A DNA stretch of 64,000 bases from Planctomycetota bacterium (GTDB lineage Bacteria; Planctomycetota; UBA1135; GCA-002686595), in contig JBGASC010000018.1 in assembly GCA_044229935.1 (NCBI GenBank), positions 25,496-89,495 of the forward strand, given 5' to 3'. Under the pieces are notes generated by a model that saw nothing but the letters and a program-made list of their open reading frames with translations, had not been told where the DNA came from and searched no databases. Both the position numbers and the translations under genes were made by a program. Below are positions 46,944 to 55,886 of this stretch, in pieces. Every line of letters starts with the position of its first letter. The first letter of the stretch is position 1.

Positions 46944-48935
46944 TCAGAAGATCTCCAGGAGGCCCTGGCCGTCGCCGCCCAAGAGCGTCGGCGTGACGGC
47001 CCGGTAGTTCCGGTCGCGCGCCAGGGGTACGTACCAGGCGCGATCCCCGCGCTCGGCCAGCATGCCCAGCGCGATCACCGCCGCCGCGCGCGCGCCGCTC
47101 GAGGAGCTCTCGCTCTTCGCCAGCGCCAACAGCGGTTCGAGCGCACGCGCATCGGCGACCAGGCCCAGCGCGTGCGCGAGCGAGGCCTGCAGCGCGAGGC
47201 TCTGCGAGTCGCGCAGCGCCTCGAGCAGCTCCGACTGCAGCTCGTGGTCGCCGAGCAGCGCGAGCCCCTCGGCTGCCGGCTCGAGCACCCAGGGCCGGAA
47301 GCGCGCGCCCTTGGCGATGCTGCGCAGCTGCGGGATCGCCTCGGTCGTGCCGAGCATGCCCAGCGCCAGCGCCAGGAAGCCCTGCGCCTCGGTCGGGCCG
47401 CTCGCGGCGAGCTTCTCGCGCAGGAGCGGCGGCGCGGCTTCGGCGCGCGCCAGGGCCAGTGCGATCGCGCCGGCACCGAGCTCTTCGGGGCTGTTCTGCG
47501 CGCGCGTCCAGTCGAGCAGCGCGCTGCGGGCGAGATCGGACGGCGCGCCGCCGCCCTCGCGCACGCGGAACTCCTGCACGCCCAGCGCCAGCGCGGCCCA
47601 GGGCTTGAGCCGGCTGCGCCCGCGCAGGAGCTCGTTGACCAGCGCGTTGCGGCACTGCGCGCGGCCCTCCTCGGCGCGCTCGCCGTGGCCCGCATGCGCG
47701 CCGGCCTCGCCCAGCGCGATCGCGGCGAAGAAGCGCGTCGACTGGTCCGCATCGTCGAGCTCGCGCACCAGCGCCGCGCGCAGCTCGCCGTCGAGCTCGT
47801 CGGCATCGGCATCGGCCAGGAGCCCGGCTGCCTGCACGGCGCACTGCACGACCTCGTTCTCCAGCGCGCGTTCGCGGCGCAAGAGCACGAGGAGCTCGCG
47901 TCGCACCTCGTCGCGCAGGATCGCCGGAGCGTCGAGCACCAGGCGCGTCAGCGTCGAGAGCGCGTGCGCGCGCGCCAGCGCCCGGCGCTGCGGGTCGCGC
48001 TCGATCTCGAGCAGCGCGTGCACCAGCGACTGGCGCGAGACCCAGGCTGCGCTCTGCGCCTCGCCGCGCTCGAGGTCGAGCCGGTCGAGCGAGAGCGCCA
48101 CGACCGTCGCGACCTCCAGGTCCACCGGAGGCGGGCGCGCGCCGGCATCCAGGAGCGGCAGCAGCGCGCGCGCGACCAGCTGGCGCACGCGGTTGTTGCG
48201 CGCCCCGTCGGCGAGCAGGCCCAGGCCGTAGGCCGCGAAGGCGCGCGTGCGCGTCGAGACCGAGCGCCCGGCGAGCAGCGCGCGGCCGCGCTCGCCGTCG
48301 GCGCACAGGTCTTCGAGCGTCGCGAGCGCGCTCTCGTCGCCGAGCACGCCCAGTGCCAGCGCGGCGGTCTCGCTGACCTCCTGCGACGCGTCGGTCAATC
48401 GGGCGCGCAGGAGCGGCACGAGCGAGGCCGAGGCCTCGGCCGGCTGCGGATCGCCGACGCGGGCGAGCGCCAGCAGCGCTGCGGTGGCGAGCTCGTTCGA
48501 GCGTTCGTCACGCAGGATGCGCGCCAGCGCCGGGACGAGCGTGTCGTGCACCTGCGCGCGCGAGGGGCGCATCGCCAGCAGCGTGCGCAGCACGTTGGCC
48601 GGTCCATCGCTGCCCGTGCGCACCGACGCAGCCTCGATCGAGTTGCGCAGGTCGAGGAAACCGTCCTGGTTGAAGTGCCACCAGTCGCGCCAGGAGAGCA
48701 GGTCGCCCAGCGGGTCTCCGCCGGTCTTGGGGTTCGCGCCCGGCGCACCGCCGCTCATCGGTCCCGGACCGCTGGGGGCGCCCGTGGTGGGGTTGCCCGG
48801 GTTGCCGGGGATCGGCAGTCCCCAGCCCACGGGCGTGTACGCACCGCCGTGCGCGGAGAGCGGCAAGGTGGCGCCGACGAGTGCGGCGAGTGCGAGCAGG
48901 AGACGAGCGATGCTGGAACCCAATCCTCCCTCCAA
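46944..48935 (-). CDS. exported HEAT/ARM-like repeat protein, paralog 4 of 4
   Basis: 663 aa with W block SWRDWWHFNQDGFLDLR and tail NYRAVTPTLLGGDGQGLLEIF. Confidence 0.8.
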   Translation of the reverse strand: MEGGLGSSIARLLLALAALVGATLPLSAHGGAYTPVGWGLPIPGNPGNPTTGAPSGPGPMSGGAPGANPKTGGDPLGDLLSWRDWWHFNQDGFLDLRNSIEAASVRTGSDGPANVLRTLLAMRPSRAQVHDTLVPALARILRDERSNELATAALLALARVGDPQPAEASASLVPLLRARLTDASQEVSETAALALGVLGDESALATLEDLCADGERGRALLAGRSVSTRTRAFAAYGLGLLADGARNNRVRQLVARALLPLLDAGARPPPVDLEVATVVALSLDRLDLERGEAQSAAWVSRQSLVHALLEIERDPQRRALARAHALSTLTRLVLDAPAILRDEVRRELLVLLRRERALENEVVQCAVQAAGLLADADADELDGELRAALVRELDDADQSTRFFAAIALGEAGAHAGHGERAEEGRAQCRNALVNELLRGRSRLKPWAALALGVQEFRVREGGGAPSDLARSALLDWTRAQNSPEELGAGAIALALARAEAAPPLLREKLAASGPTEAQGFLALALGMLGTTEAIPQLRSIAKGARFRPWVLEPAAEGLALLGDHELQSELLEALRDSQSLALQASLAHALGLVADARALEPLLALAKSESSSSGARAAAVIALGMLAERGDRAWYVPLARDRNYRAVTPTLLGGDGQGLLEIF

Positions 48936-49014
48936 TGCGGGGTCGAGGCTGCCAGGCCAGCGCGCTCACTATACGGCCTCGCGCGGTCGGTTGCCGAGCA
49001 CCTCCTGGAATGCG

Positions 49015-49047
49015 CGAGCGGGCGGCATCCAGGGGAGGCCGCCCGCT
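49015..49047 (-). terminator. 11-bp stem hairpin downstream of the 49072-50181 gene
   Basis: gagcgggcggc-(11 nt loop)-gccgcccgctc. It lies between the stop at 49072 and the paralog-4 start at 48935. No U-tract follows. Confidence 0.4.
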
Positions 49048-49071
49048 CGAGTGCAGACCGTCGCGTCCGGC

Positions 49072-50181
49072 TCAGGGCCAGATCACCGAGACCGCGTTCG
49101 ACACGTTGAACGTGTTGCCCGGGGGCGCCGCGCAGAAGCTCGGCGAGGCATCGCGGTAGTAGGCCTGGTAGTAGCGCGTGGCCCCGGCCGGGATCACGTC
49201 GCCCAGCGCGGCCGACTGCGCGCGCACGCCCAGGTCGCCGACCGCCGGCGCGGAGACCGCACCGCCGACCGCGCTCTTGGCGTAGAGGCGCTTGAGGTTG
49301 CCGCCCGTGCAGCGCACGCCGTCACCGAAGATCGAGCCCGGCGCGGTGTTGACGTCGCCCTGCAGGAAGATCGTCAGCGCGGTGGGCAACTCGCCCGTGA
49401 CGCTGAGCACCAGCGCGTCGGGGTTGAGGTTGCCGGAGCCGGCGAGCTGCGCGCCGCCGGTGCTGGCCGAGTTCTCGCAGCCGCGGCCCGCAGTACCGAG
49501 GTTGCCGCAGGGGCAGAGCGTCGAGCTGCCGTCGCCGAAGCAGAAGGTGGCGATCGGTCCACCGCCGGCCTGCTTGATCAGCTGGAAGCCGTTGACGCAG
49601 CCCAGGCCGACCGAGGACTGCACGTTGACCACGATCGTGCCGTTGCCGATCGTGACGTGGTGCAGCGCGTAGGTCAGTCCCTGCGCGTGCGTGCCGGCCC
49701 AGGCTCCGCCGACCAGCTGCGTGCCTTCGACCGCGCCCTGGACCGCCACGCCCGTGCGGTAGGTGACGTCGTCGGGCGCCCAGCCGTACGTGTACACGCT
49801 GTAGGTGCCGTTGACGAGGTTGCTGAACGTCCAGGTGGCGGTGCCCGTCGAGAGCGGCGGCGAATTGATGTCCATCGCGTCGTCGAGCAGGTTCTGGTCG
49901 TCGCCGGTCGTGGCCGCGTTGTTGAACCCGAAGTCGCCCAGTCCGCCCGAGGGCAGCAGCGTCGCCGAGAGCGTCGTGCCTGCGAGGTCCTTGAGCGCGA
50001 CGGGCGAGGTGGCCGCGGCGGACACGCGCGTCCACACTCCGGCCTGGGAAGCAGCGGCGGCGTACGCAGCGCTGGGGATCGAGGAATTGGAGCTGCCGAC
50101 GTCGACGTTCAGGCTCTGCGCAAAGGTCAGCGGAGCCGAGGCGAGGAGGCAGGCCAGCGGGAGGAGGGGGCGTGTGATCAT
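49072..50181 (-). CDS. secreted protein: beta-rich N-domain plus six-Cys C-terminal domain
   Basis: Signal MITRPLLPLACLLASAPLTFA. The C-terminal ~165 aa, starting at FCFGDGSSTLCPCGN, are shared with the next gene. Confidence 0.75.
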   Translation of the reverse strand: MITRPLLPLACLLASAPLTFAQSLNVDVGSSNSSIPSAAYAAAASQAGVWTRVSAAATSPVALKDLAGTTLSATLLPSGGLGDFGFNNAATTGDDQNLLDDAMDINSPPLSTGTATWTFSNLVNGTYSVYTYGWAPDDVTYRTGVAVQGAVEGTQLVGGAWAGTHAQGLTYALHHVTIGNGTIVVNVQSSVGLGCVNGFQLIKQAGGGPIATFCFGDGSSTLCPCGNLGTAGRGCENSASTGGAQLAGSGNLNPDALVLSVTGELPTALTIFLQGDVNTAPGSIFGDGVRCTGGNLKRLYAKSAVGGAVSAPAVGDLGVRAQSAALGDVIPAGATRYYQAYYRDASPSFCAAPPGNTFNVSNAVSVIWP

Positions 50182-50301
50182 GATGGGGAGCAGGGATGGA
50201 AAGAGGGCGTCAAGGAAAGCTATCCCGTGCTCCCGCCCGAGGTCGGCTCGGGCCCGGAAACTGCCCCGAAAACGCGGACCTGCCCGCGTGGCCCGGCCCG
50301 A

Positions 50302-50862
50302 TCACGGGGTCCAGCGCACGCTCAGCCCGCTCGAGAAGTTGTAGGCCTCGCTCATGCAGAAGCTGGCGTTGTTGCGGTACCAGCCCTGGTAGAAGCGCAG
50401 GCCGCCCGTTGCGGGCAGGCTCCCGGCGACCGAGATGCGCGGATCCCCGGCGACGCCGTAGCCGAACGAGGCACTGCCGCCCGCCGCGCTGCGCACGCCC
50501 ATGCGGATCAGGCCGCTGTTGACGCACAAGAGGCCGTCCCCGAGCGCGGTGCCCAGTCCGGCGTTCTGCGCCAGCATGCCCTGGAAGAAGATGATCGTGG
50601 TCGTCGTCGGCAGGTGGTTCGCGCTCAAGGTCAGCGTGTCGTTCGCGACCGAGATGCTGCCGCTGCCGGCGAGGTGCGAGCCCTGGCCGAACGAGTTGAT
50701 GCAGCCCTGCTGCAGGCCGGGCGGCGAGTTGTTGCCGCACGGACAGGGCGTGCCCGCGCCGTCGCCGAAGCAGAACGAGTTGATCGACTGCGCGTCGCTG
50801 CGCGGAGCGCACAGCACGGACGCGCCGAAGGCCAGCAGCACGCGCGGGACGGTTGAGTTCAT
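50302..50862 (-). CDS. secreted protein consisting of the six-Cys domain only
   Basis: ATG 50862 (M15 of the track ORF; alternative start 50904) gives the signal MNSTVPRVLLAFGASVLCA. The domain starts at FCFGDGAGTPCPCGN and ends at GLSVRWTP. Confidence 0.72.
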   Translation of the reverse strand: MNSTVPRVLLAFGASVLCAPRSDAQSINSFCFGDGAGTPCPCGNNSPPGLQQGCINSFGQGSHLAGSGSISVANDTLTLSANHLPTTTTIIFFQGMLAQNAGLGTALGDGLLCVNSGLIRMGVRSAAGGSASFGYGVAGDPRISVAGSLPATGGLRFYQGWYRNNASFCMSEAYNFSSGLSVRWTP

Positions 50863-50976
50863 CGCAGGAAGCCTCGCACTCCTGCAGGCCGAGGATTGCA
50901 GCATCCTGCTGCTCGGCTCGGAGGGTCGCGATGCTAGGCCGAGGACGCGATTCCGGCAATGTGCCGCGTGGCGGAT

Positions 50977-52338
50977 TCAGTCGCGCGCTGCGCCCTCGGT
51001 GATGGCGATCATGCGCTCGAGCGCCGTCCGTGCGTGGCCGATCAGCTCGCGGCGCTCGCTCTCGGAGAGGCGCTCGCGCGAGCCGGTCAGCTCGTCGACG
51101 ACGTCGCCGGCGAGGACGCGGTTGATGTCGGGGGGCGTGCCCTTGCGCAGGAGGTCGAGCATGCCCGCCAGGTGCGGCGGATCGTTGCGCGACATCGTCG
51201 CGCAGCCGCAGCCGCCGGAGCCGAAGGCGGGGTCGGGGATGTCGGCGAGATGCATGATCTCGACGCCGCGCAGCGCGGCCTGCTCGCGCGCGTTGCGCAC
51301 GAAGTGCCCCTCGGTGCCGATCGCGATGCGGGCGCCGGCCGGCGCCGTGGCGATCGCCTTCCAGAGGTAGTCGGTCGAACCCGAGCCGTCGGCGACGGCG
51401 ACGACGTCCTCGGGGCACTCCGGGTGCACGAGCACGCGCCAGCCGCGCGCGTGCCACCAGTCGACGTGCGCGGGACGGAAGATCGTGTGCACGCCGCAGA
51501 AGGAGCCCCACAGGATCACGCGCGCGGCGTCGAGCGCGGCGAGCCCGCCGGGGATCGAAGGGTTGCGCAGGGAGAGGTTGGCGCGGAAGAGCTGCGGATC
51601 GGGGAGCGCGACGACCTGCGAGCGCGGGATGCCCAGGCGGTTGGCGGTGTTCTGGCCCAGGTGGCGGTCGGGCACGAAGAGCACGCGCTTGTGCGTGCGC
51701 AGGACCGCGTCGACGACCAGGTGCGCGTTGGAGGACGTGCAGACGGCGCCTCCGGTGCGTCCGGCGATCGCCTTGAGCCGGCCGGAGGTGTTCATGTACG
51801 CGACCACGGCGAGCTCGGAGCCGTAGCGCTCGACGAGCTGGTCGACCACGGGCGTCACGAGGTAGTCCTTGGCCAGCATCTCCATCGTGCACCCGGCCTT
51901 GGGGTTGGTGATGAAGACCTGCTGGTGCGGGAGCGCGAGCGTCGCGATCGTCTCCGCCATGAAGTGCACGGCCGACTCGACGATGATCGACTTGTCGGGG
52001 TTGCGCGAGGCCTGCAGCGCGAGCGCGTAGGAGTCCGCGACCTTGCCGCCGTAGCGCTCGACGAGCTTGACGATCTCGCCGCCCATGTAGAAGTGCGCGA
52101 GCAGGAGCAGCGATGGGCCGAAGTGCTCGACGGCGGGGATCGCGTAGCGGTCGAGCCAGGGGAGGACGGTCGCGGGCGTGCGATCGGGAAGGGCGAGGTA
52201 CTCCTCCGCGTAGGAGCGGAACTCGGACTGGTACCAGTCGAGCGGGAGATCGGTCTGGCAGATCGGGAGGTGGGGCTGGAGCTGGATCCCGGAGGAGGCG
52301 ATCGCGCCGGTGCGTTGGGGAGCGGTGGGGAGCGGCAT
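50977..52338 (-). CDS. nadA: quinolinate synthase (long form)
   Basis: ATG 52338 (M48 of the track ORF). Motifs VESAVHFMAET, CTMEM, VAYMNTS, HPECP and the C-terminal GGCGCATMSRNDPPHL are present. Confidence 0.82.
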   Translation of the reverse strand: MPLPTAPQRTGAIASSGIQLQPHLPICQTDLPLDWYQSEFRSYAEEYLALPDRTPATVLPWLDRYAIPAVEHFGPSLLLLAHFYMGGEIVKLVERYGGKVADSYALALQASRNPDKSIIVESAVHFMAETIATLALPHQQVFITNPKAGCTMEMLAKDYLVTPVVDQLVERYGSELAVVAYMNTSGRLKAIAGRTGGAVCTSSNAHLVVDAVLRTHKRVLFVPDRHLGQNTANRLGIPRSQVVALPDPQLFRANLSLRNPSIPGGLAALDAARVILWGSFCGVHTIFRPAHVDWWHARGWRVLVHPECPEDVVAVADGSGSTDYLWKAIATAPAGARIAIGTEGHFVRNAREQAALRGVEIMHLADIPDPAFGSGGCGCATMSRNDPPHLAGMLDLLRKGTPPDINRVLAGDVVDELTGSRERLSESERRELIGHARTALERMIAITEGAARD

Positions 52339-52406
52339 GCGGGAGGAACAGGATAGGGGATGCGGGCGGGGCGCGGTACGCTCGCCGGTCACGAAGGAGA
52401 GCGGAC

Positions 52407-54209
52407 ATGAGGATGGGTGTTGTGATCGCGTGTGTGGCGGGTTGCGTGGTGACGGGCGTGGCGCGCGCTGCGGCGGCAACGGAGGGGGCGCGCACGGCGC
52501 TGGCGCCGGGCGAGGTGAAGCCGGTGGCGGGCGAGACGCTGCTCGTGAAGGAGAGCGTCAAGGTGGCGGCGGGGAAGTACGTGCTGCCGCCGGTGGGCGA
52601 GGGTGGCCTGCGCGGGGTGGTGCGCGTCGAGGGGGTCAGCGGTGTGGTGCTGGATCTGACCGGGGTCGAGTTGCGCGGCACCGCGGAGGGGACGGATCTG
52701 GATCGGGATGCTGGGTGGGGCGTGGTGCTGGTCGGGTGCAAGGACGTGGTCGTGCGCGGAGGGAAGCTCGGCGGGTTCAAGGGGTGCGTGGTCGCGGAGA
52801 AGTGCGAGGGGATCGTGCTCGATGGGGTGGAGTTCGCAGGGTGGTACGGAAGCCGGCTGCTCTCGAACGTCGCGTACGAGGACCAGTCGGACTGGCTGTA
52901 CGCGCATCACAACGACGCGGGGGAGTGGATCCGGAACTACGGCGGCGCGGTCAGCATGAGCGATTGCCGGAGGGTGGAGGTCAAGGGCTGCAAGGGGCGG
53001 AAGGGACAGAACGGGTTGCTCTTCACGAGGTGCGAGGGAGGCGAGGTGTGGGACTGCGACTTCTCGTTCCTGAGCGGATGGGGATTGGGGATGTACCGGA
53101 CGTCGAAGTTCGTCGTCAGCCACTGCATGTTCGACTACTGCGTGCGAGGGTTCAGTGATGGAGTGTATTGGAGGGGGCAGGATTCGGCGGGGATCCTGAT
53201 GTTCGAGAGGTGCTGCGAGAACGTGTTCGTCGAGAACAGCGCGACGCACGGCGGGGATGGCGTGTTCCTGTTCGCGGGGTTGGACGTGGTGGACGAGGGG
53301 AATGCGTGGAAGCGCGGGGAGAAGGAGCCGGGCGGCTGTGATCGGAACGTCTGGTACCGGAACGACTTCTCGTACGCGGTCGCGAACGCGGTGGAGGCGA
53401 CGTTCTCGAGGGACAACTGGGTGATCGGGAACGCGCTGAACGGGAGCCACCAGCACGGCGTGTGGGGCGGGTACTCGAGCCGGATGGTGATGCTGGGGAA
53501 CGTGATCGAGCGGACGATCGGTGGCGGCGTGAGCATCGAGCACGGGCAGGAGAACGCCGTGGTCGAGAACCAGATCGAGGCGAATCAGGTCGGCGTGGAG
53601 CTGTGGTGGAGCGAGAACAAGGCGCTGGACGAGGGTCCGTTCGGGCAGCACTTCGACACCAAGTCGCGGGATGCGTGGGTGTACGGGAACGCGTTCGGGA
53701 GGAACGGGAAGGACGTGGTGGTCAAGAAGACCACGGGGCTACGGATGGGCGGGAACAGTTTCGATGGCGCGGGCGAGATGAAGATGACGCGCACGAAGGT
53801 GTCGGGCGGGGAAGTGACGGCGTGGATGACGGGGAGGAACGGGAAGAGCGGGAGCGGGGAGTTGGAGGATGCGACGGTGGGGACGTGGGATGGGAAGGAG
53901 CCGGAGTGGGTGAAGCGTGCGCGGGCGTGGAAGCCGGGGATGGTGAAGGGGACGTTGCGAGTGTTCGCGAAGGAGAGGGGCGAGACGCAGGGGCTGGGGA
54001 CGATCGTGATGGGGGAATGGGGGCCGTGGGATTGGAGGAGTGGTGAGGCGAGGCCGAAGGCGAAGTTGCCGGGTGGGTTGTTGAAGGACGTGGTGTGGAT
54101 CGGGACGTGGTGGAGTTGGAAGGGTGGTGTGGATCCGCGGGAAAAGGAGGCGGAATGGAGGGCGCTGGCGGGCAAACCGAATTGGTGGATCCGGGTGGGA
54201 TCGAGGTGA
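52407..54209 (+). CDS. secreted right-handed parallel beta-helix repeat protein
   Basis: ATG 52407 is preceded by aaggaga. It has a signal MRMGVVIACVAGCVVTGVARA and repeated Gly/Asn/Val turns (NSATHGGDGVF, NALNGSHQHGVWG, GGVSIEHGQENAVVENQIEAN). G+C is visibly lower than the surrounding window. Confidence 0.72.
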   Translation: MRMGVVIACVAGCVVTGVARAAAATEGARTALAPGEVKPVAGETLLVKESVKVAAGKYVLPPVGEGGLRGVVRVEGVSGVVLDLTGVELRGTAEGTDLDRDAGWGVVLVGCKDVVVRGGKLGGFKGCVVAEKCEGIVLDGVEFAGWYGSRLLSNVAYEDQSDWLYAHHNDAGEWIRNYGGAVSMSDCRRVEVKGCKGRKGQNGLLFTRCEGGEVWDCDFSFLSGWGLGMYRTSKFVVSHCMFDYCVRGFSDGVYWRGQDSAGILMFERCCENVFVENSATHGGDGVFLFAGLDVVDEGNAWKRGEKEPGGCDRNVWYRNDFSYAVANAVEATFSRDNWVIGNALNGSHQHGVWGGYSSRMVMLGNVIERTIGGGVSIEHGQENAVVENQIEANQVGVELWWSENKALDEGPFGQHFDTKSRDAWVYGNAFGRNGKDVVVKKTTGLRMGGNSFDGAGEMKMTRTKVSGGEVTAWMTGRNGKSGSGELEDATVGTWDGKEPEWVKRARAWKPGMVKGTLRVFAKERGETQGLGTIVMGEWGPWDWRSGEARPKAKLPGGLLKDVVWIGTWWSWKGGVDPREKEAEWRALAGKPNWWIRVGSR

Positions 54210-54235
54210 TATCGGACGGATCACTTCCGGGATGA

Positions 54236-54439
54236 GCAAAGGAGGTCGAAGTGGATGATATGGGGAAGCACCGGTGGCGGTGATGATGATGGTGTTGAAG
54301 GTGGACGGAAGAGCGGTAGACCAGGCAGAGGGATGAGGCGGTGGTGGAGTTGGGGAGCGGGAAGCACAAGTTGGAGGTGGAGTACTTCCAGATCGATGGC
54401 GCGTGGGCGCTGAACGTGGAGATGGTGAAGGCGGAGTGA
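54236..54439 (+). pseudogene. decayed PA14-like domain remnant
   Basis: Fragments lie in three frames: AKEVEVDDMGKHRWR, GGGDDDGV, LKVDGRAVDQAEG and DEAVVELGSGKHKLEVEYFQIDGAWALNVEM. Joined, they resemble the C-terminal half of a PA14 domain. Confidence 0.4.
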
Positions 54440-54465
54440 GGGAGCGGGCGGCGAGGGAGGTGAAG

Positions 54466-54488
54466 GCGGGGCGGCAAAGCCGCCCCGC
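54466..54488. terminator. 10-bp GC stem hairpin
   Basis: gcggggcggc-aaa-gccgccccgc, between the convergent beta-helix/PA14 remnant and the 54576-55886 gene. Confidence 0.45.
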
Positions 54489-54503
54489 GACTCCGCGCAC
54501 TGC

Positions 54504-54526
54504 ATCGCGGCGCAGAGCGCCGCGAT
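54504..54526. terminator. second 10-bp stem hairpin, nested in an outer 8-bp inverted repeat
   Basis: atcgcggcgc-aga-gcgccgcgat followed by tt. It is flanked by ctccgcgc (54491-54498) and gcgcggag (54532-54539). Confidence 0.45.
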
Positions 54527-54575
54527 TTCGCGCGCGGAGTTCAGGGAGTGGCGGTGGGCGAGGCCGTCGAGGGGG

Positions 54576-55886
54576 TCAGTTGTTGCTGGCTGTCTTGAAG
54601 AGGGCGCCGAGGGTGCCGATCACGTCGTTCATGCCGAGGAAGAGGCTGATGGTGTTCTCGTCGTGGGTCGTGCCGAGCGTCGCGCGCACGCCGATGAAGA
54701 GGCCTTTGCCGGCGTCGCCGCCGAAACGCAGTTGGCCCTCCATGGTCCAGATCCGATTGCCGAGTTGGGCGTCGTCGCCGTAGGTGAGCAGGAAGGAGCG
54801 ATAGAGGAGCGGATTGCGATTGGATAGCGTCGCGTCGGCGTGTTCCCCGATGTGCAGGCCGATGCCGTAGTACGGGTTGACGGTGTCCACGCCGGAGGCC
54901 TGCTTGTCGATGAAGGTGCTTGCGCCCTGGCGGAAGTAGAGGCTGGCGAACCCCGTCTCGCCATCGTCGGAGGAGTGCCATTGAGCCAGGCGATACTCGG
55001 CACCGACGTTCACGGAAGCCGACCGCTCGGCATCGGATGTCGTCGTCCCGGCGCTGGTCTGCGACGTGGGCAGCGAGATGAGCTCGACGTTCGTGAAGGA
55101 GTAGAGTCGGTTCCAGGACCAGGAGCCCCAGCTGGTTCCAAGGTCCGTGAAGGTGCTGCGGTCATTGCTCGGATTGCCGAAGCGTTCGCTCCCCGTGAAG
55201 CGCAGGAATTCGCGCAGGTGCGCGAACCTCTGATCCTCCTGGGAGAGCTGAGCTCCGCCGATGAGCTCCCAGTTGAAGGCGGCCGTCGTCTTCGTGACGG
55301 CCTTCGGAATGGCCGCTGCGACTGCGTCGAGGAGGGTCTTGTTGGTGGTGTCGCCTGCTGCCGCGGTGTCGGCCTGCACCGCAGCCAGGCGGGACTGCGC
55401 CGTCTCGAGCTCGGAGGTGCGTTGCGGCCTCTCCGCGTCGCTCGCGTGTGCGAGAGCGCGCACGGCCCTCTTCACCTCGATCTGGGCTCGCCCGAGCAGG
55501 AATTGGTGCTTGGCGGCGACTGCCGCGCGGATCCGGGCCAGTGCGGCTTCCGGCGTGATCACGTCGCTGCCCAGCGTGGAGCTCAGGGTCTTGGACTGCG
55601 CGTCCCAGGCGACGAAGGCGTCGTCGGCGCTGGCCTGGGCGGTCGAGAACTCCGTCTCGGTGGGCTCGGGGGAACGACCGTAGAGTTCCTCCTGGGCGCG
55701 CAGCGCCTTGGCGAGCACGGTCCAGGCGTCCGTGAGGGACGGGGGAAGGTCCTTCGGCGGCGTCGTGGCGGGGACTTGCGTTGCGATCGCGGGCGCCGGG
55801 CGAGGCGCGATGGCAAGTGCGGGCCACCCGACCGCGGACGTGGACCCCGGCGTGCAGAGGGAAGCGAGGAGGATGAGCGGGTACAT
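54576..55886 (-). CDS. secreted protein, helical N-half and beta-rich C-half (possible outer-membrane protein)
   Basis: 436 aa with a signal-like MYPLILLASLCTPGSTSA. The C-half has alternating-residue strands. G+C is lower than the window norm. Confidence 0.55.
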   Translation of the reverse strand: MYPLILLASLCTPGSTSAVGWPALAIAPRPAPAIATQVPATTPPKDLPPSLTDAWTVLAKALRAQEELYGRSPEPTETEFSTAQASADDAFVAWDAQSKTLSSTLGSDVITPEAALARIRAAVAAKHQFLLGRAQIEVKRAVRALAHASDAERPQRTSELETAQSRLAAVQADTAAAGDTTNKTLLDAVAAAIPKAVTKTTAAFNWELIGGAQLSQEDQRFAHLREFLRFTGSERFGNPSNDRSTFTDLGTSWGSWSWNRLYSFTNVELISLPTSQTSAGTTTSDAERSASVNVGAEYRLAQWHSSDDGETGFASLYFRQGASTFIDKQASGVDTVNPYYGIGLHIGEHADATLSNRNPLLYRSFLLTYGDDAQLGNRIWTMEGQLRFGGDAGKGLFIGVRATLGTTHDENTISLFLGMNDVIGTLGALFKTASNN

